A DNA stretch of 64,000 bases. It comes from an uncultured Acidobacteriota bacterium (GTDB lineage: Bacteria > Acidobacteriota > Blastocatellia > Pyrinomonadales > Pyrinomonadaceae). A program made the position numbers and the translations under genes. Location of the stretch: assembly GCA_963748145.1 (NCBI GenBank), contig CAVVHR010000008.1, positions 40,695 to 104,694 on the forward strand. The letters are read 5' to 3'. The notes beneath the pieces were generated by a model. That model saw only the letters and a program-made list of their open reading frames with translations. It ran no database searches and was not told where the DNA came from. Of this stretch, positions 1 to 10,271 are shown piece after piece; position 1 is the stretch's first letter, and each line of letters starts with the position of its first letter.

Positions 1-2
1 GT

Positions 3-506
3 ATCGAGCCCGACACGGTGCTCGCGACCGTGCTATTCACGCGCATCGTCGGCGCGGAAGAGCATGCGGCGAAGTCCGGCCAGGAACGTTGGGACGACTT
101 GCTGCGCCGGCTGCATTCGCATTTCAGAAAAGAGATCGAGTGGTTTCGCGGACGCGAGATCGATATGGTTGGCGACCGTCCGCTCGCGATCTTCGACGGT
201 CCGGCGCGCGCGATTCGCTGTGCTTCGACGATTACAGAGTACGCGTCGCGGTTGGGCATCGAGATGCGATCGGGACTGCACACGGGGGAATGCGAGATCT
301 ACGACGGCACGGTTGCGGGTGTCGCCGCGGAGGTCGGAGCCTGCGTCGCGAATGAGGCAAACGCGGGCGAGGTGCTGGTTTCGCGGACGGTGAAAGATCT
401 GGTTGCGGGATCGGGAATCGAGTTTGAAGATCGCGGCATTCACACGCTGCCTGGCTGTGGAGAATGGCGGCTGTTTGCCGTCCATCGAGCAACACGAGGA
501 GATTGA
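3..506 (+). CDS. Class III adenylate/guanylate cyclase catalytic domain protein, C-terminal part (5' end outside window)
   Basis: The frame is open from the window edge. The translation (LFTRIVG...PLAIFDGPARAIRCA...RSGLHTGECE...GEVLVSRTVKDL) has the typical cyclase homology domain layout. Confidence 0.75.
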   Translation: MEPDTVLATVLFTRIVGAEEHAAKSGQERWDDLLRRLHSHFRKEIEWFRGREIDMVGDRPLAIFDGPARAIRCASTITEYASRLGIEMRSGLHTGECEIYDGTVAGVAAEVGACVANEANAGEVLVSRTVKDLVAGSGIEFEDRGIHTLPGCGEWRLFAVHRATRGD

Positions 507-512
507 GCTTAC

Positions 513-1470
513 ATGACCCCCACACGAGAAGAAGAACAATACCCGTTCGCCGATATCGAACTCGCGCGGCGTTTGGAACGAACCGAGGCGCAGGGCAACG
601 TCGAATTTCGTTGAAGCGCGGGCAGAGGCGTTTCCGCAGGTCGGCGCGGAATGGATCGAAGTTGCGGGTGCGTTTGGGATGTTTGACGGCGTCGGATCGC
701 CGTTGACGCAGACGTTTGGTCTCGGTGTGTCGCAGCCCATCAGCGCGGAGGAACTCGACAGGCTCGAGCAGTTTTTTCTGTCGAAAGGCGCAGATGTTTG
801 TCATGAAGTTTGTCCACTCGTGGCGATGTCGCTTTTCGAGCTGTTTCGTGACCGTGGTTATCAGCCGGTCGAAGTCTCGAACGTGTTGTATCGACCTATT
901 AGTCCCGACTTGCGTCTCCAGGCGCCTCGCAACGAGAGCATTAAGGTGCGCCTCACCCAGAAGGATGAAGTAAAAGTGTGGACGGACACGTCGTTCGAAG
1001 GCTGGAGCGAGTTTCCTGAGTATGCCGATTTTTTCCGCGACCTGGCGCAAGTGTATGGGCGAGCGAAAGGGCCATCATTCATCGCGGAGCTGGAAGGAAG
1101 GCCGATCGCGACCGGCGCGTTGACGATCCACGGCGACGTCGCGCTGCTCGCCGGCGCGAGCACGATCCCTGACGCACGACGACAAGGCGCTCAGCTCGCA
1201 TTGCTGGAAGATCGTCTTCGCTACGCTGCGACGCAGAAGTGCACGGTGGCGATGATGGTCGCGTTGCCCGGCAGCGGTTCGCAGCGAAACGCGGAGCGAC
1301 ACGGGTTCCGGATCGCATACACTCGCACGAAGTGGCAGTTAGTCAGAACCAAGAGGGTCGTTCAGATTGAACCAGCTAAGTGCTCAAGAACAGGTCAGGA
1401 AGGGGGCAAGCAAAGCGCACCCCGTGGCGAGCGCGGGGGCGTTGCCCCCTTCCTGGCTTGTTCTTGCTAG
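513..1470 (+). CDS. GNAT family N-acetyltransferase, frameshifted near 605-612 as assembled
   Basis: ATG 513 gives MTPTREEEQYPFADIELARRLERTEAQGNVEF, then a stop. The +1 frame continues VEARAEAFPQVGAEWIEVAGAFGMFDG... into ORF 679..1470, which has an acetyl-CoA-binding-like RRQGAQLALL motif. The 3' tail runs through a long hairpin, so the true stop may be earlier. Confidence 0.7.
1385..1466. repeat. Long imperfect inverted repeat (about 25-bp arms, 32-nt GC-rich loop); candidate terminator or REP-like element
   Basis: The left arm CAAGAACAGGTCAGGAAGGGGGCAA pairs with the right arm TTGCCCCCTTCCTGGCTTGTTCTTG (2 mismatches). Confidence 0.4.
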
Positions 1471-1509
1471 TTAGGTTCTTTAAGTGAACCGCAAAATCAA
1501 GAGGTGACG

Positions 1510-3938
1510 ATGCAGGATTTTGAGAAGCTCGGCGTGTTTTATTTGGGCCGGCCGTTTGATCTCGCGCAAAACCAACCGAAAGACTCGCTGCTGCTTTATG
1601 ACTCGAAGGATCTCGTGACGCACGCCGTCTGCGTCGGCATGACCGGCAGCGGCAAGACTGGTCTATGCATCGGCCTGCTCGAAGAGGCCGCGATCGACGG
1701 CATACCCGCAATCATCATCGATCCGAAAGGCGATCTCAGTAACCTGCTGCTCACCTTTCCGAATCTCGCGGCGCAGGACTTCGCGCCGTGGGTCAACGAA
1801 GGCGATGCACAAAAGAAAGGACTGTCGATCGACGCCTACGCCGCGCAACAAGCCGAGCTCTGGAAAAACGGACTCGGCGAGTGGGGACAAGACGGCGAAC
1901 GCATCAAACGACTGCGCGATGCCGCCGACTTTCGCATCTACACACCGGGCAGCAACGCCGGAATCTCCGTGTCGATTCTGAAGTCGTTCACCGCGCCTCC
2001 GGAAACGCTGAGACAAGACACCGAACTACTCGGCGAACGAATCAACACCACCGTCACGAGCTTGCTCGGTCTCGTCGGCATCGACGCCGATCCGATTCGC
2101 AGTCGCGAACACATTTTGCTCTCAAATATCCTGCACCAGGAGTGGTCCGCCGGAAGAGATCTCGACATCGGCATGTTGATTCAGAAGATCCAGACGCCGC
2201 CGATGACGAAGATCGGCGTGATGGATCTCGACTCGTTTTTCCCGGCAGACGACCGCTTCGAATTGGCGATGGCGCTCAATCACCTGCTTGCGTCGCCCAG
2301 TTTCGCCGCATGGATGGAAGGCGATCCGCTCGACATTCCGAGCATCCTTTACACGCCCGCGGGCAAACCGCGTCATGCAATCTTCTCGATCGCGCATCTC
2401 GGCGACGCGGAGCGGATGTTTTTCGTGTCGCTGCTGCTGAACCAGGTGCTCGGCTGGATGCGCGCTCAATCAGGCACAACGAGCCTGCGCGCGATTCTCT
2501 ACATGGACGAGATCTTCGGTTATTTCCCGCCGGTGGCGAATCCGCCGTCGAAGTTGCCGCTGTTGACGTTGTTGAAGCAGGGCCGCGCGTTTGGTCTCGG
2601 CGTGGTTCTGGTCACGCAAAATCCGGTCGATCTCGATTACAAAGGACTTTCAAACGCGGGCACGTGGTTCATCGGAAGGTTGCAAACGGAGCGCGACAAG
2701 GCGCGTGTGCTGGAAGGGCTCGAAGGCATCGCGGTCGGTACCGGACAGAAGTTCGATCGACAGGAGATGGACCAACTGCTCGCGGGTCTGCGTACGCGAA
2801 TCTTCTTGATGAACAACACGCACGACGAGCGTCCCGAGGTGTTTGAGACGCGTTGGACCATGTCGTACCTGCGTGGACCGCTGACGCGCACGCAAATTAA
2901 GTCGCTGATGGATCCGGTGAAAACGCAACCTGTCCAGCCGTCCGAAGTCGCGCCGGTCTCACCGCCACAAGCGCCGCCGCCGTCGCAAAAAGAAAAACCT
3001 GTTCTGCCACCGGAAATACCGCAGTACTATATTCCGATTCGTTCTTCATCCGACGCGAACACGCGGCTTTCATATCGCCCGATGTTGGTCGGCGCCAGCG
3101 AAATTCATTACAGCGATGCAAAAACTATCGACTTCACCCAACAGCTAACCTTACTGGCAGATTTCTCCGACGGCCCAATCACGGTTGATTGGAACACGGC
3201 AGCTCCGATCGGTGTTCCGATTGAAGATCTCCAATCGCAACCTGAGGAGTCAGGCGCCGAGTTCGTTGAAGTTCCTGAAAAAGCATGCAAACAAAAGATT
3301 TACGCCACGTGGGGTAAAGATCTCGCAACCTGGATCTATCGCAATCATCGACTCGAACTATTCGAGAGTCCCAATCTCGACGTCGCCTCGAACCCAGGCG
3401 AAACCGAGCGCGACTTCCGTGTCCGAATGCAGCAGATCGCGCGCGAACGACGCGATGACGCGGTCGAAAAACTACGTCGCAAGTACGCGCCGAAGTTCGA
3501 ACAACTCGAGGAGCGGAAGCGTCGCGCGCAACAGATCGTCGAACGGCAGATGGACCAGGCACAAGGTCAAAAGTATCAGACGGCGATCTCATTTGGCGCC
3601 ACTCTGCTCGGCTCGCTGCTCGGACGAAAGAAAGCAGGACTCGGAACACTCGGCCGCGCAACTACGACTGCTCGGCGTCAGTCGTTCGATGAGAGAGGCC
3701 GAAGACGTGGACCGCGCGGAGGAGAACGTCAACGCCATCGCGCAAAAACTCGCCGACCTCGAAGCAGATTTCAAAGCGGAAGCCGAGCGTCGAGCGTTCA
3801 TTCGATCCGCAAACGGAAGAGCTCGGCAAAGTGAGTTTGAAGCCGAAGAAAGTAAACATCGACGTCAAGCTGGTGGCGCTCGCCTGGGCGCCTTACTGGC
3901 TCGACTCGCAAGGTGGAGCGAAGCCTGCCTGGACCTGA
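1510..3938 (+). CDS. HerA/FtsK-like P-loop ATPase (DUF87-type), about 810 aa, with two +1 frameshifts near 3675 and 3800 as assembled
   Basis: SD AGAGG lies upstream of ATG 1510 and a Walker A motif GMTGSGKTG is present. The C-terminus continues in the other two frames (GVSRSMREAEDVDRAEENVNAIAQKLADLEADFKAEAE, then FDPQTEELGKVSLKPKKVNIDVKLVALAWAPYWLDSQGGAKPAWT, stop at 3936). Confidence 0.75.
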
Positions 3939-3941
3939 ATC

Positions 3942-4400
3942 ATGACAACAAAACTGTCCATCCCGATCAAATACGGACTGCTGATCACGCTCGGCGTGAT
4001 GGCGTGGGTGCTTGTTTCTCACCAAGTCGTCACGAACACGCAATCGCTCGTGCACACGCTCATTGGACCAATCTTTTTCAATCTCCTGCAGTTTACGATG
4101 ATCTACCTGGGACTGAAGGCGAAGGAGCGTGACTACGGCGACAAACAGGACTTCAAAAAGAATCTAAAAACCGGCGTGGCGATCTCGTTTGTGTATGGGC
4201 TGACGGCGGCGTTGTTTTTCGTAGGTGTGGTCGCCGTTGTCGGCACACGCTGGATGCCAAGCCAACCGGGCACGATCGCAAGGCCCACTACAATTGTTTT
4301 GGCGCAGGCGTTTGCCGGTTTGTTTATAGGCTCGCTGGTTCTCGGATTGATCTATTCGACCGTGATCTCGTTCTTTCTGGCGAAGCGAGCAAGCGAGTAG
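3942..4400 (+). CDS. DUF4199-like small integral membrane protein
   Basis: 152 aa with four hydrophobic segments. It starts 3 nt after the reconstructed stop of the ATPase. Confidence 0.55.
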   Translation: MTTKLSIPIKYGLLITLGVMAWVLVSHQVVTNTQSLVHTLIGPIFFNLLQFTMIYLGLKAKERDYGDKQDFKKNLKTGVAISFVYGLTAALFFVGVVAVVGTRWMPSQPGTIARPTTIVLAQAFAGLFIGSLVLGLIYSTVISFFLAKRASE

Positions 4401-4437
4401 CACAAAGAGGCACAAAAAGCACAAAAGGCACAAAGAC
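4400..4437. repeat. 9-nt periodic repeat element (GCACAAANN x4)
   Basis: GCACAAAGAG GCACAAAAA GCACAAAAG GCACAAAGA C lies between convergent genes. The same element recurs at 18684-18720, inverted at 18751-18787, and partially at 58151-58175. Confidence 0.7.
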
Positions 4438-4440
4438 GAT

Positions 4441-5457
4441 TTAGGGGACCAGAACGACCTTGCCGATGTTTTTTCGCTCTTCGAGGTACCGATGCGCGTC
4501 GCCTGCCTGGTCAAACGAGAAGGACCGATCGACGTACGGGTTCACCCAACCTTCATCGACGCCACGGAGAATATCGCGCATCCAGACTGCGACTTTCTCC
4601 GGTTCGTGCCACATGTGGCCCAAGTTTAGGCCAAACACGCCGCGGTTCTTGTTCAGCAACCCAAACGGATGAAAGCGTGGCGTTTGAATCGCGGCCTTGA
4701 GCATGTTGAGCTTACCCGCGAGCCCGTTTGCCGACACAGTCGAGATTCCAAACATTCCGAGCCGTCCGGTCGCCCTCAACGCGGCGTAACTCTTCTTCCA
4801 ATGCGCGCCGCCAATCGGATCGATAACGAGGTCGACACCGCGTCCGTTCGTTAAGTCTTTCAAGACCGGCAACCAGTCCTGCTTGCGGTAGTCGATCGCG
4901 TGGTCCAAGCCGCGTTCGGCGAGAAACTGATGTTTGCCGGGACTCGCGGTGCCGTAAGTGACCGCGCCAATCTTCTTCGCGATGTCGAGCGCGGCGAGTC
5001 CGACGCCGCCGCCCGCGTTATGAATCAACACTGACTCGCCCGCGTGCAGCGAACCCATCACGACGAGCAGCGCGTAAGCCGTCAAATAGTTCACCGGGAT
5101 CGCCGCAGTTTGTTCGAACGTCAGTTTGTCGGGCTTCTCGAAGATCTGGTTAGCTTTCACGGCCACCATCTCCGACTGCCCGCCGAAACGCGTCATTGCC
5201 GCAACCGATTTACCGACGAACGAACTGTTGACGTCTTTGCCGGCAGCTTCGACTACCCCCGCTACTTCGTAGCCCATCACAACGGGCTTCGGAGGTGAGT
5301 CGGGATAGAGCCCCTGCCGCGCGAGAATGTCGGCGAAGTTCAGTCCGGCGGCGCGGACTCGAATGACTACCTGATCATCGCGCGGAGTTGGGTCCGGTTT
5401 TTGCTGGACCTTCAGAACGTCGATGCCGCCTGTCGTTGTAGTGACGATTTGTCGCAT
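4441..5457 (-). CDS. Zinc-type alcohol dehydrogenase / NADPH:quinone oxidoreductase (MDR superfamily, VAT-1-like)
   Basis: 338 aa with a GroES-like N-terminus (VVIRVRAAGLNFAD) and a Rossmann motif (HNAGGGVGLAA). Confidence 0.85.
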   Translation of the reverse strand: MRQIVTTTTGGIDVLKVQQKPDPTPRDDQVVIRVRAAGLNFADILARQGLYPDSPPKPVVMGYEVAGVVEAAGKDVNSSFVGKSVAAMTRFGGQSEMVAVKANQIFEKPDKLTFEQTAAIPVNYLTAYALLVVMGSLHAGESVLIHNAGGGVGLAALDIAKKIGAVTYGTASPGKHQFLAERGLDHAIDYRKQDWLPVLKDLTNGRGVDLVIDPIGGAHWKKSYAALRATGRLGMFGISTVSANGLAGKLNMLKAAIQTPRFHPFGLLNKNRGVFGLNLGHMWHEPEKVAVWMRDILRGVDEGWVNPYVDRSFSFDQAGDAHRYLEERKNIGKVVLVP

Positions 5458-5483
5458 AGACCATATTATATGCGCCGAACCTT

Positions 5484-6762
5484 ATGCGATTGAAAACATT
5501 ACTGACAATGTTGCTGCTGCTCGCCGTCGTCACCATGAGTTGCAGCAAGGACCCGCAACAACAAACATCCCGCAAAGAACTGACAGTTGCCGCAGTGTCC
5601 GGCCCCGAAGCCGACGCGCTCCGGCAGGCCGCGCTCGATTACGAAGCGCAGACGGGCGTACATCTCAACATCTCGGAATTTCCGTACACCAGTCTTTTTG
5701 ATAAAGAAATGATCGATCTCAATGCGCGCACGGGGGCCTACGATCTGATCATGCTCGACGATCCGTGGTTCCCGATCTTTGCCAGCAAACAGTTTCTGAC
5801 GGAACTGACGCCGCTGCTCCAAAAACGCGGGCAAAATGGGCCTGACAGCGACTTCGTCGACACGTCCATCGCGCTCTGCCGGCACCCGTATCAAACAGGT
5901 TCGCTGTACGCGCTGCCCTACGTCGGCAACTCGCAGTTGTTCTTCTATCGCAAAGATCTTTTTGAGAAACACCAGCTAAAACCACCGGCGACGTGGGACG
6001 ACGTTCTCACTGCTGCAAAAACGATCCAGGAGAAAGAGACTGGCTCCGGTATGTACGGCTACGTGATGCGCGCGGCGCAAGGCAATGCCGCCGTCGCCGA
6101 CTTCATGCCGATCTTCTGGGCCTTCGGCGGCGAGATGTTCGACGCCTCGGGTAAACCGACGGTTAATACTCCCGAAGGGATCGCGGCGCTGCGAGTTTAT
6201 GCTCGAGATGGGCAAGCACTCGCCTCCCGGTTATGCGAGTTTCAATGCGGAGGAAGTCGGGGCGCACTTGTTGCAGGGAACGGCGGCGATGTCGATTAAC
6301 TGGCCCGTGTGGATCAGCAGGTTTGACGATCCGTCGAAATCGAAAGTGATCGGGAAGATAGAAATCACGACGCTGCCCGCGGGCCGCAAACCGGCACAGG
6401 CGGAGATCGGGAACTGGTTGATCGCGATTCCGCGCGCGTCGCAAAACACTGAGGCCGCGATGGATTTCCTCGTCTGGGCCACCACTGCCGCACAGATGAA
6501 ACGATCGGCGCTCGGAGGAAATCCGCCGACGCGCAAGTCGCTGTTTCGCGATCCGGAACTGGTTAAGAAGTTTCCTGCGTATCCGGCACAGATGCGTTCG
6601 CTGGAGACGTCGCGGCCGCGACCGCGCACACCGCAGTGGAACGAGATCGAAAACGTCTTTGGCATCTTTCTTTCGAAGGCCAACAGCGGCGCCCTATCTC
6701 CCGCCGACGCGATGAATCAGGCGAATGTGGAAATCGAGAAGATTGTCCAACGCGGCCAGTAG
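5484..6762 (+). CDS. ABC transporter extracellular solute-binding protein (family 1, sugar type), lipoprotein; frameshift near 6195-6205
   Basis: Signal peptide plus lipobox (VVTMSC). ORFs 5484..6299 and 6085..6762 join as ...EGIAALRVY/LEMGKHSPPGYASFNAEEV... Confidence 0.8.
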
Positions 6763-7594
6763 ACGCCATCTGCTGCTGCCATACCTCTTAGTCGCGCCGG
6801 CAGTGGCCGTGCTTCTCGCGCTTTCCATCTATCCGCTCATTTACTCGATCAGTGTCAGTTTTCAAGTCGGGGAGAACTGGGGAATCGGAAACTTCACGCG
6901 TCTGTTTTCCGACGGCTTCTTCCTCACCGCAATGGCGCACACCTTTGTTTTCGCGGTCGCGGCGTTGGCGTGTGAGTTTCTTCTGGGCCTCGGATTGGCT
7001 CTGCTGCTCAACAGCCAGATTCGCGGGCGCAGTTTCTTTCGCGCGAGCCTGCTGGTGCCGATGATGTTGCCACCGGTCGTCGCGGCGATCGTGTGGCGGC
7101 TGCTGCTCAATCCAAACTTCGGCGCGATCAACGGAACACTCAAACAGATCGGGATCAACACTGAATCGTTGACGTGGACCGCGTCGCCGAACCTGGCGAT
7201 GCTGTCAGTGATCGCGGTCGACGTTTGGCAGTGGACGCCGTTTGTGTTTCTCGTGCTGCTGGCAGGGTTACAAGCGATTCCGCAGGAGCCGTACGAGGCT
7301 GCGCTGATCGACGGTTCGAGTCGCTGGCAGACGTTCTGGCACGTGACGCTGCCGTTGTTGAAGCCCGCGATCCTGATCGTCCTTCTTTTGCGAACAATGG
7401 ATCTGCTGCGCGTGTTCGATCAGATCTTCATTTTGACTGAAGGCGGGCCGGGTTTCGCGACCGAAACGATCAGTCTTTACATCTATCGAACGGCGTTTCG
7501 TTTTTTCGATTTTGGTTATGCGGCGGCGATGTCGTTTGTGCTGCTGGCGCTGACGAACGTGATCAGCGTGGTTTACATCCGGTTTTGCAAGTGA
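6725..7594 (+). CDS. ABC transporter permease (MalF/UgpA-like)
   Basis: 289 aa, multi-TM, with an EAA-type loop (EAALIDGSSRWQTFWHVTLPLLKP). Confidence 0.85.
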   Translation: MWKSRRLSNAASRRHLLLPYLLVAPAVAVLLALSIYPLIYSISVSFQVGENWGIGNFTRLFSDGFFLTAMAHTFVFAVAALACEFLLGLGLALLLNSQIRGRSFFRASLLVPMMLPPVVAAIVWRLLLNPNFGAINGTLKQIGINTESLTWTASPNLAMLSVIAVDVWQWTPFVFLVLLAGLQAIPQEPYEAALIDGSSRWQTFWHVTLPLLKPAILIVLLLRTMDLLRVFDQIFILTEGGPGFATETISLYIYRTAFRFFDFGYAAAMSFVLLALTNVISVVYIRFCK

Positions 7595-7597
7595 AGC

Positions 7598-8423
7598 ATG
7601 AGGACGCGGATTTCTTAAATATGTGGCTGTTGGCGTGGCGTTGGTGGCGGCGCTCGCGCCGGTCTACTGGATGTTCACGATCTCGTTGAAATCGGAGGTG
7701 GACCACTTTGCGGTTCCGCCCCCGTGGTTCAACTTCACGCCCACGCTGGAACACTACTACGACGCGTTCGTGACGCGATCATTCGGACAGTACCTGATCA
7801 CGAGCGCTATCGTGGCGGTGGTTTCAACATTGTGCGCGCTGGTGCTCGGCACGCTCGCCGCGTACGCACTCGCGCGATTCCGACTGCCTTACGATCTCGA
7901 TCGCAAACTGTCGTTATGGATCCTGTCGACGCGGATGTTTCCGGCAATCGTTACGGCCGTACCGCTGTTTCTGATGATGCGCGACCTGCGGCTGCTGAAC
8001 ACGAAAGCCGCGCTCATCGTGGTTTACACGGCTTTCAATCTGCCGTTCGTCGTCTGGATGATGCGCGGTTTTTTCGACGAAGTGCCGCGCGATCTGGAAG
8101 AAGCGGCGCTTGTCGACGGCGATTCGCGACTCGGTGCGCTGGTGCGTATTGTGCTGCCGCTCGTCACACCCGGACTCGCGGCAACAGCAGTATTTTGTCT
8201 GATCGTTTCCTGGAACGAATTTCTCTTTGCGCTGGTGCTCACGCAGACTGACGCCTCGATGACGTTGCCGGTCGGAATTGCCGGACGCGTCACGCAGTAC
8301 GAGATCAAGTGGGGCGTGATGAGCGCGGCCGGCGCAGTGGCGATCGTGCCGATTCTGGTGTTTGCGATGGCGATGCAGAAGTATCTCGTGCGCGGGCTGT
8401 CGCTGGGAGCGGTGAAAGGTTAG
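7598..8423 (+). CDS. ABC transporter permease (MalG/UgpE-like); probable +1 indel within the first 4 codons (alternative start GTG 7623)
   Basis: ATG 7598 gives MRTRIS, then a stop. Removing one base gives MRTRFLKYVAVGVALVAALAPVYWMF, a typical MalG-like N-terminus. An EAA loop EAALVDGDSRLGALVRIVLPLV is present. Confidence 0.8.
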
Positions 8424-9469
8424 TGGGAATCAAGTTTCAAAACGTGACTAAGACTTTCGGCGACACGCTTATCGTCGACGATCTCAGCCTCGAGATCGAC
8501 GACGGCGAGTTTGTCGTGCTGCTTGGCCCATCAGGTTGCGGCAAGACGACGACCCTGCGGATGCTCGCCGGTCTCGAAACCGTGACAAGCGGCGATATCT
8601 ACATCGAAGACGAGCGAATCAACGACGTGCAAACGCAACACCGCGATCTCGCAATGGTGTTTCAGAGTTACGCGCTGTATCCACACATGACGATCGCCGA
8701 CAACATCGCGTATCCGTTGCGCGTCAGAAAGCTGGACAAACACGAACGAACGAAACGCGTGAACGAAGTCGCACGCATGCTCGAAATCGAAGCGCTTCTC
8801 GATCGCAAACCGCGCCAACTTTCAGGCGGCGAACGACAACGTGTCGCGCTGGCGCGTGCGATCGTCCGCGAACCGCGCGCGTACTTGATGGACGAACCGC
8901 TTTCAAACCTCGACGCCCGCCTGCGCGTGCAGATGCGCGGTGAACTGAAACGCCTGCAACACCAACTCGGCACGACGACGATCTACGTCACCCACGATCA
9001 AGCCGAAGCGATGACGCTCGCGACGCGCGTCGCAGTAATGAAACGCGGGCGGTTACAACAGTTCGACACGCCGCTGAATATTTACAACCATCCTGCGAAC
9101 CGTTTTGTCGCGGAGTTCGTCGGGAGTCCGAGTATGAACTTCGTTGATGGAAAGATTGAAAACAACGTTTTTGTGAGCGAATCGATCCGCATTCCGGTGA
9201 CACACGAAAACGCAGATCAGATCACGATTGGTATTCGCCCGGAGCACATTCGTGTTCTCACAGAGCCTCAGAATGGCGCGATTCCGGCGACTGTTTACGT
9301 CACGGAGTTGATGGGTAATGAAACGTTTGTGTTTCTATCGGTAGGAAACAACAGGCTGGTGGCGCGCGCGCCTGCTGAGTTTCGGGCAGAGTTAGAGAGC
9401 CGCGTCTGGCTGCAAATCGTGCCCGAAAAAGCTCACTTCTTCGATCGCCAGACGGGGCTCTCCAGATAA
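8423..9469 (+). CDS. ABC transporter ATP-binding protein (MalK/UgpC-like)
   Basis: GTG 8423 overlaps the permease stop. Walker A GPSGCGKTT, signature LSGGERQRV and Walker B YLMDEP are present, plus a C-terminal TOBE-like domain. Confidence 0.9.
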   Translation: MGIKFQNVTKTFGDTLIVDDLSLEIDDGEFVVLLGPSGCGKTTTLRMLAGLETVTSGDIYIEDERINDVQTQHRDLAMVFQSYALYPHMTIADNIAYPLRVRKLDKHERTKRVNEVARMLEIEALLDRKPRQLSGGERQRVALARAIVREPRAYLMDEPLSNLDARLRVQMRGELKRLQHQLGTTTIYVTHDQAEAMTLATRVAVMKRGRLQQFDTPLNIYNHPANRFVAEFVGSPSMNFVDGKIENNVFVSESIRIPVTHENADQITIGIRPEHIRVLTEPQNGAIPATVYVTELMGNETFVFLSVGNNRLVARAPAEFRAELESRVWLQIVPEKAHFFDRQTGLSR

Positions 9470-9480
9470 AACGCGCGATC

Positions 9481-10161
9481 TTACGACGCGGTCTTCGCGG
9501 CCGTATCCGATCCTGCTGCTGCCGCCGGTTTGTTCGGCTGCGGCGTGATGCGCAGGTAAGGCTTCGGCGCTCTCCAGCCGCCTGGGAACTTCTCTTTCGC
9601 GGCTTCATCCGAAAGCGACGGAACGATGATCACGTCGTCGCCGTCTTTCCAATTCACCGGCGTCGCGACGCTGTACTTCGCCGTCAACTGCAACGAATCG
9701 ATCACGCGCAGAATCTCGTCGAAATTGCGTCCGGTGCTCGCCGGATATGTGATCATCAGCTTGATTTTCTTGTCTGGGCCAATGATGAAGACCGAGCGGA
9801 CGGTAAACACGTCGCTGATCTCCGGATGGATCATGTCGTAGAGTTCGGCGATCTTGTGGTCCGGATCCGCAATCACCGGAAAATTGAGCGCCGCGCCCTG
9901 CGTTTCCTTGATGTCTTCTGCCCATTTCTTGTGTGAATCGGTCTGATCGACGCTGAGGCCGATCACCTTGACGCCGCGTTTGTCGAAGTCTGGCTTGCAG
10001 CGCGCGACGTAACCGAGTTCGGTGGTGCATACGGGAGTAAAGTCCTTGGGGTGCGAGAACAGAACTGCCCAACTGTCGCCAATCCACTCATGAAAACTAA
10101 TGGGGCCGTCAGTGGTGTCTGCCTGAAAATCGGGTGCTATGTCGCCAAGTCGTAAAGCCAT
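9481..10161 (-). CDS. 1-Cys peroxiredoxin (Prx6 subfamily)
   Basis: MALRLGDIAPDF...FSHPKDFTPVCTTEL, the conserved PVCTTE peroxidatic motif. Confidence 0.9.
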   Translation of the reverse strand: MALRLGDIAPDFQADTTDGPISFHEWIGDSWAVLFSHPKDFTPVCTTELGYVARCKPDFDKRGVKVIGLSVDQTDSHKKWAEDIKETQGAALNFPVIADPDHKIAELYDMIHPEISDVFTVRSVFIIGPDKKIKLMITYPASTGRNFDEILRVIDSLQLTAKYSVATPVNWKDGDDVIIVPSLSDEAAKEKFPGGWRAPKPYLRITPQPNKPAAAAGSDTAAKTAS

Positions 10162-10271
10162 ATATATTCTCCTTGTTGTTTGGAAGCCAGCACGCTTGTA
10201 CAACTAACGCCACGGCAAGTCAAACCCGGCGCGACTGCTTCGGATCGATCCGTGTTATCCTGCAAAAACCT

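Noticed and set aside
232-1050. 272-aa minus-strand ORF spanning the cyclase/GNAT junction
   Set aside because: It is antisense to two recognisable genes and has an arginine- and proline-rich shadow composition.
3185-4132. 315-aa plus-strand ORF overlapping the ATPase 3' end and the DUF4199 gene
   Set aside because: Only about 130 nt of this frame (about 3677-3800) carries genuine ATPase sequence, between two frameshifts. The rest is out-of-frame shadow.
9481-10161. Peroxiredoxin, Bcp (40735..41193) and the DsbA-like gene checked as possible additional selenoproteins
   Set aside because: The redox-active positions are encoded by ordinary Cys codons (PVCTTE, PGCTKEAC, CPAC). No in-frame TGA is present.
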